The notes under the pieces are model-generated. The model was not told the DNA's origin and did no database searches. It was given only the letters and a program-made list of their open reading frames with translations. From positions 1-47,089 of the forward strand of contig DATIPJ010000260.1 in NCBI GenBank assembly GCA_035472155.1: 47,089 bases of DNA, read 5' to 3'. Below are positions 6,739-16,729 of the stretch, piece after piece. Numbering within the stretch: position 1 is the first letter of the stretch; every line of letters starts with the position of its first letter. The DNA is from Kofleriaceae bacterium (GTDB taxonomy: Bacteria > Myxococcota_A > Polyangia > Haliangiales > Haliangiaceae). A program made the position numbers and the translations under genes.

Positions 6739-8712
6739 CTACGGCGTGGCAACGACGGGGAGCTCGATGAAGCTCGCCTGATCGGGCGCGTGATAGATAC
6801 GCTGCGTCGCCTTTTTGTAGTCGGTCGGCTTGGCCCAGAAAATACTCGGCACGAACGTCTGCGGGTTGCGGTCGTAGAGCGGAAACCAGCTCGACTGGAT
6901 CTGCACCATGATGCGGTGACCCGGCAGGAACACGTGATTGGCCGTCGGTAGGTTGAAGCGATAGAGCAGCGGCTTACCGGCGGCGATCGGCTTTGCCGTC
7001 TCGAAGCTCTCGCGATAACGGCCGCGAAAGATGTCGGCCGAGATCATGAGCTGATATCCGCCCATCGTCGGGTCGCTCGCGACCTCGTCGGGATAGACGT
7101 CGATGACCTTGACGACCCAGTCCGAGTCCGTGCCGGTGGTCGATGCGATGAGGTTGGCGATCGGCTGACCGCTGATCTTGACCGGCCGGTTGACAACGTC
7201 GGACAGGAACGTGGCCACGTCGGTGCGCCCCGAGGCCTCGCGCTGGTCGGTCACCAGCCAGCGCCGCCAGGCGTTGTTGTCCTCGAAGCTCGGCGGCTCG
7301 ATCGGCCGCGAGCGAAACGGCACCGGCTTGGCGGGATCGGAGACGTACTCCTCGTAGCCGGCGCCGCCCTTGGGCGCGGTGAAGCCGACCTTGCCGCCGG
7401 GGGCGAGGTAGAGCGGCGTGCGCTTGGTCGAGGGGCCGGGCCACGCGGGCAGCCGCCGCCACGTGTTGGTGCCGGTCTCGAACGCATGCACCGGCGAGAA
7501 ATCGCCGCGCGGCGCGCCGTCCTTGAGGTATCGATCGAGGAACGGCCGCAGGATCTCGCGGCGGAAGTACAGCGCGGTGTCGCTGTCGAACCGCACCGGC
7601 CCGAGCATGCTGCCCTCGCCGATCTCCTGTCCGTGGTGCCACGGCCCGAGCACGAGGAACACCTTGTCGTTGCCGGTGTCCTTGGGCTTGATCGCGTTGT
7701 ACACGGCGATCGCGCCGTAGATGTCCTCCTGATCCCAGAGGCTATGGACGAGCATCACGGGCACCGCGAGCGGCTCCTTGGCGAGCAGCTTGTCGACCGC
7801 CTGGTCGCGCCAGAACGCGTCGTAGGCGGGGTGCGCGAGGATCTTGTTCCAGAACCCGATCTGCTCCATGCCGTGGCGACGGCCGAGCTCGCCGGCCGAG
7901 CCCGCCTCGAGGAAGGTGTCGTAGTCGTCGAAGTGGCTGCGCCAGAACTTGGCCGACGTGTCGCGCGTGGCCTCCTGATCGTGGATGTAGTCGATGCCGA
8001 GCTGGCGGAACGCGCCGTTGTGGAACCAGTCGTCGCCCATCCAGCCGTCGACCATCGGATTCATCGGTACCGAGACCTTGAGCGCCGGGTGCGGATGCAC
8101 GAGCGCCATCAGCGGCAGGAAGCCATCGTACGAGATGCCGAGGATGCCGACCTTGCCGTTGGTCTCGGGGATGTTCTTCACGAGCCAGTCGATCGTGTCG
8201 TAGGTGTCGGTGGCGTGATCGACCGGCGTCGGGTTCTGCGGGCCGCGCAGCGGGCGGTTCATGACGTAGTCGCCCTCGGACTTGTGCTTGCCGCGCACGT
8301 CCTGCACGACGCGGATGTAGCCGCCCTCCACGATCACGTCGGTCGCGTTGTCGTAGCCCTGCAGGATCGGCGCGAGGTGGCCGCTATGGCCGTGCGCAGT
8401 CAGCTCGCTCGCGTTGTACGGCGTGCGCGTGAGCAGGATCGGCGCGCCCTTCGCGCCGCGCGGCACGAGGATCACCGTGAACAGCTTCACGCCGTCGCGC
8501 ATCGCGATCATGACCTCCTTGCGCGCGTACTCCCACCCGGTCGTCGACGGCGTGTACTTCGCGGGCGTCTCGCTCGGCAGCCGCGGGTAGCTCGCAGGCG
8601 CTGCGGGTTGCGCCGGCGGCTTGGCGGGCTGGGCCGGCGCGCGCGAGGCCCAACCACCGCCGAGGACGAACGTAAGGACGACCACTGCATGGAAACGGCG
8701 GATCGACTGCAT
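6739..8712 (-). CDS. CocE/NonD family hydrolase (S15 X-Pro dipeptidyl-peptidase-like), secreted
   Basis: 657 aa with a signal peptide (VVVLTFVLGGGWASRAPA). It has an alpha/beta-hydrolase N-terminal part with the nucleophile motif GISYDG and the large C-terminal beta domain typical of CocE/NonD. Confidence 0.85.
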   Translation of the reverse strand: MQSIRRFHAVVVLTFVLGGGWASRAPAQPAKPPAQPAAPASYPRLPSETPAKYTPSTTGWEYARKEVMIAMRDGVKLFTVILVPRGAKGAPILLTRTPYNASELTAHGHSGHLAPILQGYDNATDVIVEGGYIRVVQDVRGKHKSEGDYVMNRPLRGPQNPTPVDHATDTYDTIDWLVKNIPETNGKVGILGISYDGFLPLMALVHPHPALKVSVPMNPMVDGWMGDDWFHNGAFRQLGIDYIHDQEATRDTSAKFWRSHFDDYDTFLEAGSAGELGRRHGMEQIGFWNKILAHPAYDAFWRDQAVDKLLAKEPLAVPVMLVHSLWDQEDIYGAIAVYNAIKPKDTGNDKVFLVLGPWHHGQEIGEGSMLGPVRFDSDTALYFRREILRPFLDRYLKDGAPRGDFSPVHAFETGTNTWRRLPAWPGPSTKRTPLYLAPGGKVGFTAPKGGAGYEEYVSDPAKPVPFRSRPIEPPSFEDNNAWRRWLVTDQREASGRTDVATFLSDVVNRPVKISGQPIANLIASTTGTDSDWVVKVIDVYPDEVASDPTMGGYQLMISADIFRGRYRESFETAKPIAAGKPLLYRFNLPTANHVFLPGHRIMVQIQSSWFPLYDRNPQTFVPSIFWAKPTDYKKATQRIYHAPDQASFIELPVVATP

Positions 8713-8939
8713 GGACGCAAGTCATCGCACCGAATGCGCCTCCGGGGCCACGATTCGTCGCGGTCATCGTCGGGGACAGTGCAGTCTGCGGCAGGCATGC
8801 CGGCGAGCGTGCGGGAGCGCGCAGCGCACGTCGTCCCACATCAATTTCTCGCGGATCCAGTGCGACCTGTCGCTGGAGCCACCCTCGACCTTCCAGGACG
8901 ATGTCGCCGGGTCGTGCCCGAGGCCATGAACAGGAAGTT

Positions 8940-9398
8940 ATGCCGCCGACAACCAACGCTGTGATGAGCGCCCGATTCGTAGCTCCTCTGATCGCGCTTG
9001 CGCTGGCCGGGTGCCCCCGCGACACGGACGGCGTTGCCCCCGATGCGATCGCCAAGAGCTGCAACCCCGGCAACACCGCGCCGACCTATACCGAGCTGTA
9101 CACCAAGTACTTCGCGGTCGGCACGCCCGGCCACTGCGCGACCGCCGAGTGCCACTCCGATCCGAAGCACAACAGCTGGATCTGCGGTCCGAACAAGGAC
9201 ACCTGCTACAACGGCATGGTCTCGATCGGCATCATCGATCCGGCGAACCCGCCCGCGTCGAAGATCGCCGATCCCAGGAACTCCCCGCTCAACTGGGTCA
9301 ACCCCAACGGGCCGATGCCGCAGGACGCTCCCAAGCCATTCCCCGAGGGCCGCGATGCGATCCTCGCGTGGGTCGGGGCCTGCGCGCAGAACAATTGA
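8940..9398 (+). CDS. Cys-rich lipoprotein of unknown function
   Basis: Frame of track ORF 8901..9398. The start is ATG 8940 (AGGAAG upstream) or ATG 8964. The lipobox is LALAGC, and six further Cys include HCATAECH. Confidence 0.6.
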   Translation: MPPTTNAVMSARFVAPLIALALAGCPRDTDGVAPDAIAKSCNPGNTAPTYTELYTKYFAVGTPGHCATAECHSDPKHNSWICGPNKDTCYNGMVSIGIIDPANPPASKIADPRNSPLNWVNPNGPMPQDAPKPFPEGRDAILAWVGACAQNN

Positions 9399-9401
9399 CG
9401 A

Positions 9402-10358
9402 TCAGTAGTTGAGCGGCTCGAGGTACGCGAGCAGCTCCTTGGCGCGGTGCGCGAACGGCCCGGGGATCTGGAAGCTCGTGCCGAGCTTGTCGATGCTCTC
9501 GTCGACCGTCATGCCGCCGTCCTTGGACACCGTGGCCTCGAACAGCGCGCCCGCCGGCGTGCGCACGTAGATCGAATCGAAGTAGCCGCGGTTCTTGCGC
9601 TCGGAGACATCGGTGAAGCCCATGCCCTCGAGGTGGAACTTGACCTGGTCCTGCGCGGTGTAGTCGTCGACCTGGAACGCGCAGTGGTGGACGATGCCCT
9701 CGCCGTAGGTCCAGCTCGCCTGCGGCAGCTCGGGCTCGAGCATGAAGTCGACGATCTTGCCCGAGCCGCCGTCGCCAAACACGTAGCGCACGAAGCGGCC
9801 GTCCTCGGCGACGCGGCGCGCCGACCAGCCCAGGGTCATGAACTCGTTGGAGGTCTCGTGCTCGCGGACCGAGACCACGATCCCATGGGTCCCGCGGATC
9901 GCGAGCTCGGGGGGAACCTCGCCGTTGGAGTACGGCTTGCGATTGTCGTCGGCGATGCCGACCAGCTCGTAGTCGAGGCCGCACGGGTGCTGGAACTGCA
10001 GCGCGCGCTCGCCGAACCGCGACGCCTCGCGCACCGCGAAGCCGTGCTCGAGCAGGCGCTTGCGCCAGAACCCGACCGCGGACTGCGGGATCGACAGGCT
10101 CAGCGAGCGAACCTGGCCGGTGCCCTTGCGACCCTTGCGGCCCGACTGCCGCATCGGGAACGTGGTGACCAGCGTGCTTTCCTCGCCGAGGTCGTTGCCG
10201 TAATACAGGTGATAGATCGGCACGTCGCCGTCGTAGAGCGCGGTCTTCTTCACGCTCTTGAGCGACAGGACCTTGGTGTGAAAGTCGTAATCTTCCTGCG
10301 CACCGCCGGTGCACAGCGTGATGTGGTGGTGCCGCCTGATCGGAGGTGAGCTCGCCAT
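9402..10358 (-). CDS. VOC-superfamily ring-cleaving dioxygenase (two glyoxalase/dioxygenase modules)
   Basis: 318 aa. The N-terminal HHITLCTGGAQEDYDFHTKVLSLKSVKKT and the second module GIVHHCAFQVDD...FDSIYVRTPAGALFE are typical of MhqA/YfiE-like ring-cleaving dioxygenases. Confidence 0.8.
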   Translation of the reverse strand: MASSPPIRRHHHITLCTGGAQEDYDFHTKVLSLKSVKKTALYDGDVPIYHLYYGNDLGEESTLVTTFPMRQSGRKGRKGTGQVRSLSLSIPQSAVGFWRKRLLEHGFAVREASRFGERALQFQHPCGLDYELVGIADDNRKPYSNGEVPPELAIRGTHGIVVSVREHETSNEFMTLGWSARRVAEDGRFVRYVFGDGGSGKIVDFMLEPELPQASWTYGEGIVHHCAFQVDDYTAQDQVKFHLEGMGFTDVSERKNRGYFDSIYVRTPAGALFEATVSKDGGMTVDESIDKLGTSFQIPGPFAHRAKELLAYLEPLNY

Positions 10359-10433
10359 GGCCGGGATTCTAGAAGAACCATCCGGTCGCGTCGAGGACTG
10401 TTCAGCGGGCGGCTTGCCCCGGCGGGAGCGGCG

Positions 10434-11333
10434 TCAGAACAGCATCACCTCGCCGGCCTCCCGGCGATCGATCTCCACGTCGTCATTGGTGACCGAGGCA
10501 TGGGCCACGGGGGCGATGTCGGTCTCGACCCCGAGGTCGCCGGCCGCCTCGCGCGTGGTCTCGGCGACCCAGCCGTCGATCTGGAGCAGGCCCTGGGCGC
10601 ACACGTCCTGGAACTGCAAGCGCGACAGCGCGGCGTGCGATTCGGTCACGATCTCGGCCAGCGCGTTGTCGCTCTCGGCCAGGGTGGCGCCGACAGCCAC
10701 CCGCAGCTCGGCGACCCGGCGGTCGACCGCGGCGATCCGCTCGCTGGCCTCGACCTCGAAGCCCTCCACCACGTGGGCGAGGGTCTGGTTCTGGCGCACC
10801 AGCTGCGGCACGGCCTTCTCCATCGCAACGGCGAGGTCGCACACCGTCTTGTTGGCGCCCGCGATCGCCTTGGACAGCTGCTGCATCTCGTTGGCGATCG
10901 TGCTGAACACGGCCGAGCCCGACGAGCGCGACGCCTCCATGCGCGCGTTGATCGACAGCACGCGGGCGGCGGCGTTGAGCCGCTCGATCTCGCGCGCGGC
11001 GGCGGTGATCGAGCGGACCTGCTGCGCGACCGCGGCGACCTGGGTCGCGTGCTCGGCGACCGCCTTGCCGACGCTGGAGGTGTGCTGGCGCACGTGATCG
11101 GACTGGCTGCGGATCGCGCGCCCGAGGTCGGAGTCTTCGTTGCCGACCGGGCCCGCGAGCACCTCGCGCAGGCGCGCGATGTGGTGATGCGCGACCTCGA
11201 CGACGCGCTGCACGTGGCGCCCGGCGCCGAGCACGTCGGTCTCGGTGGTCTTGTTCACCTGGCGAACGCGCGCGACGATGCGCTCGCGCATCTTGCGAAG
11301 CCGGTCGAGGGTGGTCTTCGCGGCCGCGGGCAT
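10434..11333 (-). CDS. soluble methyl-accepting-chemotaxis-protein-like signalling-domain protein (no TM, no HAMP)
   Basis: 299 aa and all-helical. The segment LNAAARVLSINARMEASRSSGSAVFSTIANEMQQLSKAI is a divergent version of the conserved MCP hairpin motif (LNAAIEAARAGE.GRGFAVVA.EVR.LA). Its start is 4 nt after the CheY stop. Confidence 0.6.
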   Translation of the reverse strand: MPAAAKTTLDRLRKMRERIVARVRQVNKTTETDVLGAGRHVQRVVEVAHHHIARLREVLAGPVGNEDSDLGRAIRSQSDHVRQHTSSVGKAVAEHATQVAAVAQQVRSITAAAREIERLNAAARVLSINARMEASRSSGSAVFSTIANEMQQLSKAIAGANKTVCDLAVAMEKAVPQLVRQNQTLAHVVEGFEVEASERIAAVDRRVAELRVAVGATLAESDNALAEIVTESHAALSRLQFQDVCAQGLLQIDGWVAETTREAAGDLGVETDIAPVAHASVTNDDVEIDRREAGEVMLF

Positions 11334-11337
11334 GGGA

Positions 11338-11697
11338 TCACGCGGTCAGGCGCTGGACCGCAGCGACGAGGAGCTCGGCCTTGAACGGTTTGATGATCCA
11401 GCCCTTGGCGCCGGCCTTCTTGGCGCGCTCGATCAGCGCGGGCTGGCCTTCGGTCGTCAGCATCACGACCGGCAGCGCCTTCCAGCGCGCGTCGGCGCGC
11501 AGCTTCTCGAGCATCTCGAGGCCGTTCATCCGCGGCATGTTGACGTCGCAGATCAGCATGGCGACCGAGGCGTCCACCTTGCCCATCGCATCGAGCCCGT
11601 CGACAGCCTCGAGGACCTGATAGCCGGCCTGCGATAGCGCCAGCCCGACCTGTTGTCTGACCGTGGGCGAGTCATCGATGACGAGGATCTTCTTCAT
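11338..11697 (-). CDS. cheY: CheY-like single-domain response regulator
   Basis: Frame of track ORF 11338..11853, started at ATG 11697. The 119-aa product has [10 protein letters not shown], the phospho-acceptor context [17 protein letters not shown] and IIKPF, so all canonical receiver residues are present. Confidence 0.9.
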   Translation of the reverse strand: MKKILVIDDSPTVRQQVGLALSQAGYQVLEAVDGLDAMGKVDASVAMLICDVNMPRMNGLEMLEKLRADARWKALPVVMLTTEGQPALIERAKKAGAKGWIIKPFKAELLVAAVQRLTA

Positions 11698-11804
11698 TGG
11701 CTCAACCCGTCGGTTCGACCAACTCTGCCGCCCTATTGAGCACCTCAACAAAACATGAGCGCGGCCGAACCGGCCGAAGTGCGCACACGGAAGTCGAGCT
11801 CGAC

Positions 11805-12305
11805 GTGAAGTCGGTGCGCGAAGCCCTGCGCGAAGTCCTCGCGACGAAGGCACACGAGTTATTCGCAGACTACGGCGTGAGCTGCGAAGCGGTCGACGCG
11901 CCGTACGCGACGGAGCGCGAGCTGTGCGGGATTCTCGGATTCACCGGCGACCACGTGTGCGGCTCGGTCGTATTGTCGGCGACGCCCGACGCCATCTCGT
12001 CGAGCAACCCGATCGGCGATGGCGCGACGCGCGGCTGGATCTCCGAGCTGACCAATCAGCTCGTCGGCCGCTTCAAGAACACGCTCCTGCGCAGCGGCGT
12101 GGAGCTGGTGATGTCGATCCCCGTGGTGCTCACCGGGACGCAGCTGCTGCCGATGCCGCAGGCGGTGATCGCACCGACGCGGCTCGCCGTGGGCACGGGC
12201 TTCCTGACGCTGTGGCTCGAGCTCGAGGTCGATCCGGATCTCGTGCTCGCCGAGCCCAATGGCGACATGACGGTAGGCGCCGAGGGCGACACGCTGCTGT
12301 TCTAG
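11805..12305 (+). CDS. CheX-like (chemotaxis phosphatase CheX fold) protein
   Basis: Frame of track ORF 11697..12305. TTG 11697 would overlap the cheY start codon, so I prefer GTG 11805. The pattern [25 protein letters not shown]...[12 protein letters not shown]...SIPVVLTG matches the CheX layout (G..G.V.L, E..N...G..K, S.P.V..G). The exact start is uncertain. Confidence 0.55.
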   Translation: MKSVREALREVLATKAHELFADYGVSCEAVDAPYATERELCGILGFTGDHVCGSVVLSATPDAISSSNPIGDGATRGWISELTNQLVGRFKNTLLRSGVELVMSIPVVLTGTQLLPMPQAVIAPTRLAVGTGFLTLWLELEVDPDLVLAEPNGDMTVGAEGDTLLF

Positions 12306-12308
12306 CGG

Positions 12309-13811
12309 CTAGGCCTTGACCAAGGTCCTGGCCTTGCCGCGCACGTAGCCGTAGTTCAGCGACAGGCCGTTGAACTCGAATGCCTTCTTCGCGGTGGCGC
12401 GCGCCTTGGCGGTTTCACCGGCGGACGACTGCGCGACCGCGAGGTGGTAGAGCACGCGCGGGTCCTGCTGGTTGGCCTTGGCGAGCTCGGCCGCGGCGAC
12501 CTTGGGTTTGCTGTCGGCGAGCGCGATCAGCCCGGCGAGCTCGTGCGACTGGCGAACCTCGAACGAGATCTGCTTGACGGCGACGGCCTTCTCGTACGCC
12601 TGGGCGCGGGCCCGGGCGCCGGCGAGGTCGCGCTTGGCGAGCGCGACGCGACCCTCGTTGAACAGCGCGTTGCGCCGCGTGGTCTCCTTCACGTCCTCGG
12701 GCTGGTTGGCGTTGGCGCTGGCCTCGACCTGGGCGGCGAATGCGGCGCCGGCCTCGTCGGGGCGGCCGGCCTCGAGCAGCGTGTTGGCCTTGAAGCCGAG
12801 GTCATTGGCCTTCTGGCCGAGGTCGCTCGCCTGATCCGAGAGCGCGATCATCTTGTCGATCTCGGCGAGCGCCTTGTCCCACGCGCCCTCGTGGATGTAC
12901 GACTCGGCGGTCCACGCCAGCGCCTGGCGGCGCTCGCCGTCGTTGCGCGCGACGTGGGCCAGCCGCGCGAGCGCCTTGCGCGCGTCGTCGCCGCGCCCGC
13001 TGAACATATGATTATTGGCAATCCCGACATAGGCCGAAACAAAATTGCCATTGATGGCGAGCGCCTTCTCGTAGTTCTTGATCGCATCGTCGAATCGGCC
13101 GATCTTCATGAGTAGCTCGGCGTACGAATCATAGGGATTGGGATCATCGGGGATGAGCTCGATGTACTTCTTGAACGTGGCCTCGGCGTCGGCGTACTTC
13201 TCGACGCTGCGGTAGGCGTAGCCGAGCAGGTTGTAGGGCGACGAGAACTTCGGGTTGACCGCGATCGCCCGGTTGTAGAGCTCGATCGCCTTGGCGAAGT
13301 CCTGCTGGCCGAAGTAGAAGGCGGCGAGCAGCGCCAGTGCGCGCTCGTCGCGCGGGTACGCCTTGACCAGCTTGGTGTAGAGGTCCTTCTGCTCGGCGGG
13401 GTGGCCGGTCGCGCCGGCCTTGAGGCCGCCGATGATCATGCGCTCGGGCTCGGACGCCTTATCGGCGAGCGCCACCGCGCGGTCGAGCGCCGCGAAGAAG
13501 TCCTTGGTCGTCGGCGCGGTGTTGGCGAGCCCGACGTAGCCGAGCGCGAAGTCCTTGTCCTTGCCGACCGAGGACTCGAAGCGCGCGTGGGCATCGGTGA
13601 CCCGCAGCTTCTCGAGCAGATCGCGGCCCTCGAGATACAGCGTGCGCGCTTCGTCGGAGACGGTCGTGATCGGTACCTTGTCGCGGCTGGTCTCGCCCGG
13701 CTTGGGCGCGGCGTGCACGGCCGCCGCCCCGAACGCGAGTGCCAAAGATATGACGACCACTGCCGATCTCGAACCTGCGACGTGCTCCGTGATTCGCTCG
13801 ATGGTGCGCAT
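12309..13811 (-). CDS. secreted tetratricopeptide-repeat protein
   Basis: Frame of track ORF 12309..14102, started at ATG 13811 with GGGGAGGA just upstream. The signal peptide is SAVVVISLALAFGAAAVHA. Multiple canonical TPRs are present, for example FAKAIELYNRAIAVNPKFSSPYNLLGYAY and FDDAIKNYEKALAINGNF. It converges on the CheX-like gene with only 3 nt between the stops. Confidence 0.8.
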   Translation of the reverse strand: MRTIERITEHVAGSRSAVVVISLALAFGAAAVHAAPKPGETSRDKVPITTVSDEARTLYLEGRDLLEKLRVTDAHARFESSVGKDKDFALGYVGLANTAPTTKDFFAALDRAVALADKASEPERMIIGGLKAGATGHPAEQKDLYTKLVKAYPRDERALALLAAFYFGQQDFAKAIELYNRAIAVNPKFSSPYNLLGYAYRSVEKYADAEATFKKYIELIPDDPNPYDSYAELLMKIGRFDDAIKNYEKALAINGNFVSAYVGIANNHMFSGRGDDARKALARLAHVARNDGERRQALAWTAESYIHEGAWDKALAEIDKMIALSDQASDLGQKANDLGFKANTLLEAGRPDEAGAAFAAQVEASANANQPEDVKETTRRNALFNEGRVALAKRDLAGARARAQAYEKAVAVKQISFEVRQSHELAGLIALADSKPKVAAAELAKANQQDPRVLYHLAVAQSSAGETAKARATAKKAFEFNGLSLNYGYVRGKARTLVKA

Positions 13812-14005
13812 GGGTCCTCCCCGCATCACGGTAGGCCGCTGCGGCGCGCGGCCCCAACGATCACCCGCTAACCGCAACGGCCGCGCGCGCGTGCGCCGCC
13901 GTCGCAGGTCCGTCGCCCGGGCCATCGCAGCGGTGTCGCAGCGCGCGCGCGATCGCGGGAGATCATGGTCCGCGGCCGGCAGCGAGCGCGATCGATGGGC
14001 GTAAG

Positions 14006-16729
14006 ATGCACACAGTGCATTCCTCCCTCGCCATCTCGCTGGGCCTGGTCGCGCTGTCGTGCCACTCCGCGCCGAGCCCACCGAGTGCGACCCCCGCGGC
14101 ACCGCTGAGTGTCGCGGCGTCCGCCGCCCCGCCCGCGCCGCGCGAGCCGGTTCCGCTCGGCCCGCTGCCGGGCGACGTCCACCCGGTCCGCGAGGCGCTG
14201 GTGCTCGACATCGACCCCGCGCGCGATCGCTTCGGGGGCACCGCCGATATCGCGCTGCACCTCGACCGCCCGCGCGATGCGATCTGGCTGCACGGCCGCG
14301 GCCTGTCCGTGCGCGCGGCGACGATCACCACCGGCGCGGGCCCGGCGCTGCCCGTGCGCTGGGAGGAGGTCGATCCGACGGGCGTCGTGCGCGTGGGCCT
14401 GCCGTCGCCGATCTCGGGCGATGCCGTACTTCATGTGGTGTTCGACACCGCCTATGACGCCACGCTGGTCGGCGTGTACCGCGTGACCACGCCGGCCGGT
14501 CCGGCGGTGTTCTCCAAGTTCGAGGCGATCTACGCCCGCCGCGCGTTTCCGTGCTTCGACGAGCCCGCCTACAAGGTGCCATTCGACGTCGCGCTCACGG
14601 TGCCGGGCAGCGCGGTCGTCGTTGGTAACATGCCCGTCGCCTCGGAGGCCACGGTCGACGCGGGGCGCAAGCAAGTCCGGTTCGCGACCACGCCGCCCTT
14701 GCCGTCCTACCTCATCGCGTTTGCGGTCGGCCCGTTCGATACGCGCAGCACCGCCCTGCCGCCGAGCGCGCTGCGCCCCCAGCCGCTGCCGATCGGCGCG
14801 GTCGCCGTGCACGGTCATGCCCGGGAGACCGGCCATGCGCTCGCCGAGACGCCCGCGCTGGTCGCCGAGCAGGAGCGTTACTTCGGCGTGGCGTTTCCGT
14901 ACCCCAAGCTCGATCTCATCGCCGTCCCCGACTTCCAGTCGGGCGCGATGGAGAACGCCGGGGCGATCACGTTCCGCGACTCGGCGCTGCTGGTCGACGA
15001 TCGCGTCACCGCGCTCGGCCAGCGCATCGGCGTGACCAACGTGATCGCGCACGAGACCGCGCACCAGTGGTTCGGCGACCTGGTCACCATGAAGTGGTGG
15101 GACGACCTCTGGCTCAACGAAGGGTTCGCGACCTTCCTCGCGACGCGCACGCTGCGCGCCGTGCGGCCCGAGATCGAGGCCGAGCTCGAGGCCGCGTACA
15201 GCGTCAACGGCGTGATGAGCGTCGACAGCCTCGCGAGCGCGCGCCGCATCCGCCAGCCGATCGAGACCACGCACGACATCACCAATGCGTTCGACGGCAT
15301 CACGTACCAGAAGGGCGCGGCCGTGCTGACGATGATCGAGCACTTCATCGGCGACGAGCCGTTTCGCCGCGGGCTCCACGAGCTCCTCGTCGCGCACGCC
15401 ACCGGCAACGCGACGACGGCGGACCTGATCGCGGCGCTCGCGGCGTCGGCCGGCAAGGACCTCGCGCCGCTGGCGTCGAGCTTCCTCGATCAGCCGGGGG
15501 TTCCGGTGGTCGCCGCGCGCACGCGGTGCGAGGGCGGGCGCGGCCGGCTCGAGCTCGCGCAGTCGCGCTGGCGGCCGATCGGCTCGACGACGCCCGACGC
15601 CACGTGGACCATCCCGGTGTGCGTGCGCGCCGGCATCGCGGGGCGCGTCCACGAGGCGTGCACGGTGCTCGACGCACCGACCGGTACGCTCGAGCTGCCG
15701 GGCTGCGCCGAGTGGGTCATGCCCAATGCACAGGGCGCCGGGTACTACCGCGCGACGCTTCCGCCCGACGACCTGGCGCGGCTGCGCGACCGCGGGACGC
15801 CGCGGCTCGCGGTGGTCGAGCGCGTGCAGCTCGCCCACGATCTCGAGGCGGCGTTCAGCAGCGGCGCGCTGGCCGGCGGCGACGTGCTGCGTGCGCTCGA
15901 GCCGCTCGCGCGCGATGCGCACGGCGCGGTGGCGATGGTGCCGCTGAGCCTCTTGACCTTCATCCACACGTACATCGTCGAGGGTACGCAGCGCGCCAGC
16001 CTGCGCGCCCGGGTCGCCCGGCTCTATGCGCCCGCGGTGGCCGCGCTGGGCTGGACGCCGGCCGCGACCGACCGGCCGTGGCGGCGGCTGTTTCGCGCCA
16101 ACCTCCTGGCGTTCCTCGCGCTCGAGATCGAGGACCCGAGCGTCCTGGCCGAGGCGGCGCGCCGCGGCCGCCGGCTGCTCGGGCTCGACAGCGATCGCAC
16201 GCGACACCGCGACGCCGTGGCTCCCGACCTCGCCGAGCTGTCGCTCGCCGCCGCGGTCCGCACCGGCGGCGCCGACGTGTTCGATGCGCTGCTCGGCGAG
16301 CTCGAGCGCTCGGACGACGCGCAGCTGCGCCAGCGCGCGCTGCTCGCCCTGGCCAGCACGCGCGACCCGGCGCTCGTCTCCCGCGCGCTCGACCTGGCGC
16401 TCGATCCGCACCTGCGCGCGAACGAGCGGCTGGTCGCGCTCAAGCCGCTGCTCGGCGCGCTCGCCACCCGCGACGCCGCGTGGGCCTGGCTCACCGCCCA
16501 CTTCGAGGCGCTCGCGGCGCTGCTCCCCGATCGCTACGGCGGCCAGATCCCGGCGATGGTCAGCATGTGCGACGCGCGCCGCATCGACGAGGTCCGCGCG
16601 TTCTTCGCCCCGCGCATCGACAAGCTCACCGGCGGTCCGCGCAACCTCGCGCTCGCCCTCGAGGGCGCGCAGCAGTGCACCGCCCGCGCGGCCGCCCAGC
16701 GCGACAGCGTCCAGCGCTATTTGAAGTGA
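14006..16729 (+). CDS. M1-family aminopeptidase (aminopeptidase N-like), lipoprotein
   Basis: 907 aa with lipobox LVALSC. It has the exopeptidase motif GAMENAGAITF and the zinc site HETAHQWFGDLVTMKWWDDLWLNEGFA (HEXXH-X18-E). The C-terminal part is a helical ERAP1-like domain. Confidence 0.9.
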   Translation: MHTVHSSLAISLGLVALSCHSAPSPPSATPAAPLSVAASAAPPAPREPVPLGPLPGDVHPVREALVLDIDPARDRFGGTADIALHLDRPRDAIWLHGRGLSVRAATITTGAGPALPVRWEEVDPTGVVRVGLPSPISGDAVLHVVFDTAYDATLVGVYRVTTPAGPAVFSKFEAIYARRAFPCFDEPAYKVPFDVALTVPGSAVVVGNMPVASEATVDAGRKQVRFATTPPLPSYLIAFAVGPFDTRSTALPPSALRPQPLPIGAVAVHGHARETGHALAETPALVAEQERYFGVAFPYPKLDLIAVPDFQSGAMENAGAITFRDSALLVDDRVTALGQRIGVTNVIAHETAHQWFGDLVTMKWWDDLWLNEGFATFLATRTLRAVRPEIEAELEAAYSVNGVMSVDSLASARRIRQPIETTHDITNAFDGITYQKGAAVLTMIEHFIGDEPFRRGLHELLVAHATGNATTADLIAALAASAGKDLAPLASSFLDQPGVPVVAARTRCEGGRGRLELAQSRWRPIGSTTPDATWTIPVCVRAGIAGRVHEACTVLDAPTGTLELPGCAEWVMPNAQGAGYYRATLPPDDLARLRDRGTPRLAVVERVQLAHDLEAAFSSGALAGGDVLRALEPLARDAHGAVAMVPLSLLTFIHTYIVEGTQRASLRARVARLYAPAVAALGWTPAATDRPWRRLFRANLLAFLALEIEDPSVLAEAARRGRRLLGLDSDRTRHRDAVAPDLAELSLAAAVRTGGADVFDALLGELERSDDAQLRQRALLALASTRDPALVSRALDLALDPHLRANERLVALKPLLGALATRDAAWAWLTAHFEALAALLPDRYGGQIPAMVSMCDARRIDEVRAFFAPRIDKLTGGPRNLALALEGAQQCTARAAAQRDSVQRYLK

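Noticed and set aside
13868-16501. 877-aa minus-strand ORF antisense to the M1 aminopeptidase
   Set aside because: It has Arg/Glu/Gly/Ala low-complexity composition and no motifs. The plus-strand frame carries unmistakable GAMEN and HEXXH-X18-E motifs. This is the typical antisense open frame of very GC-rich DNA.
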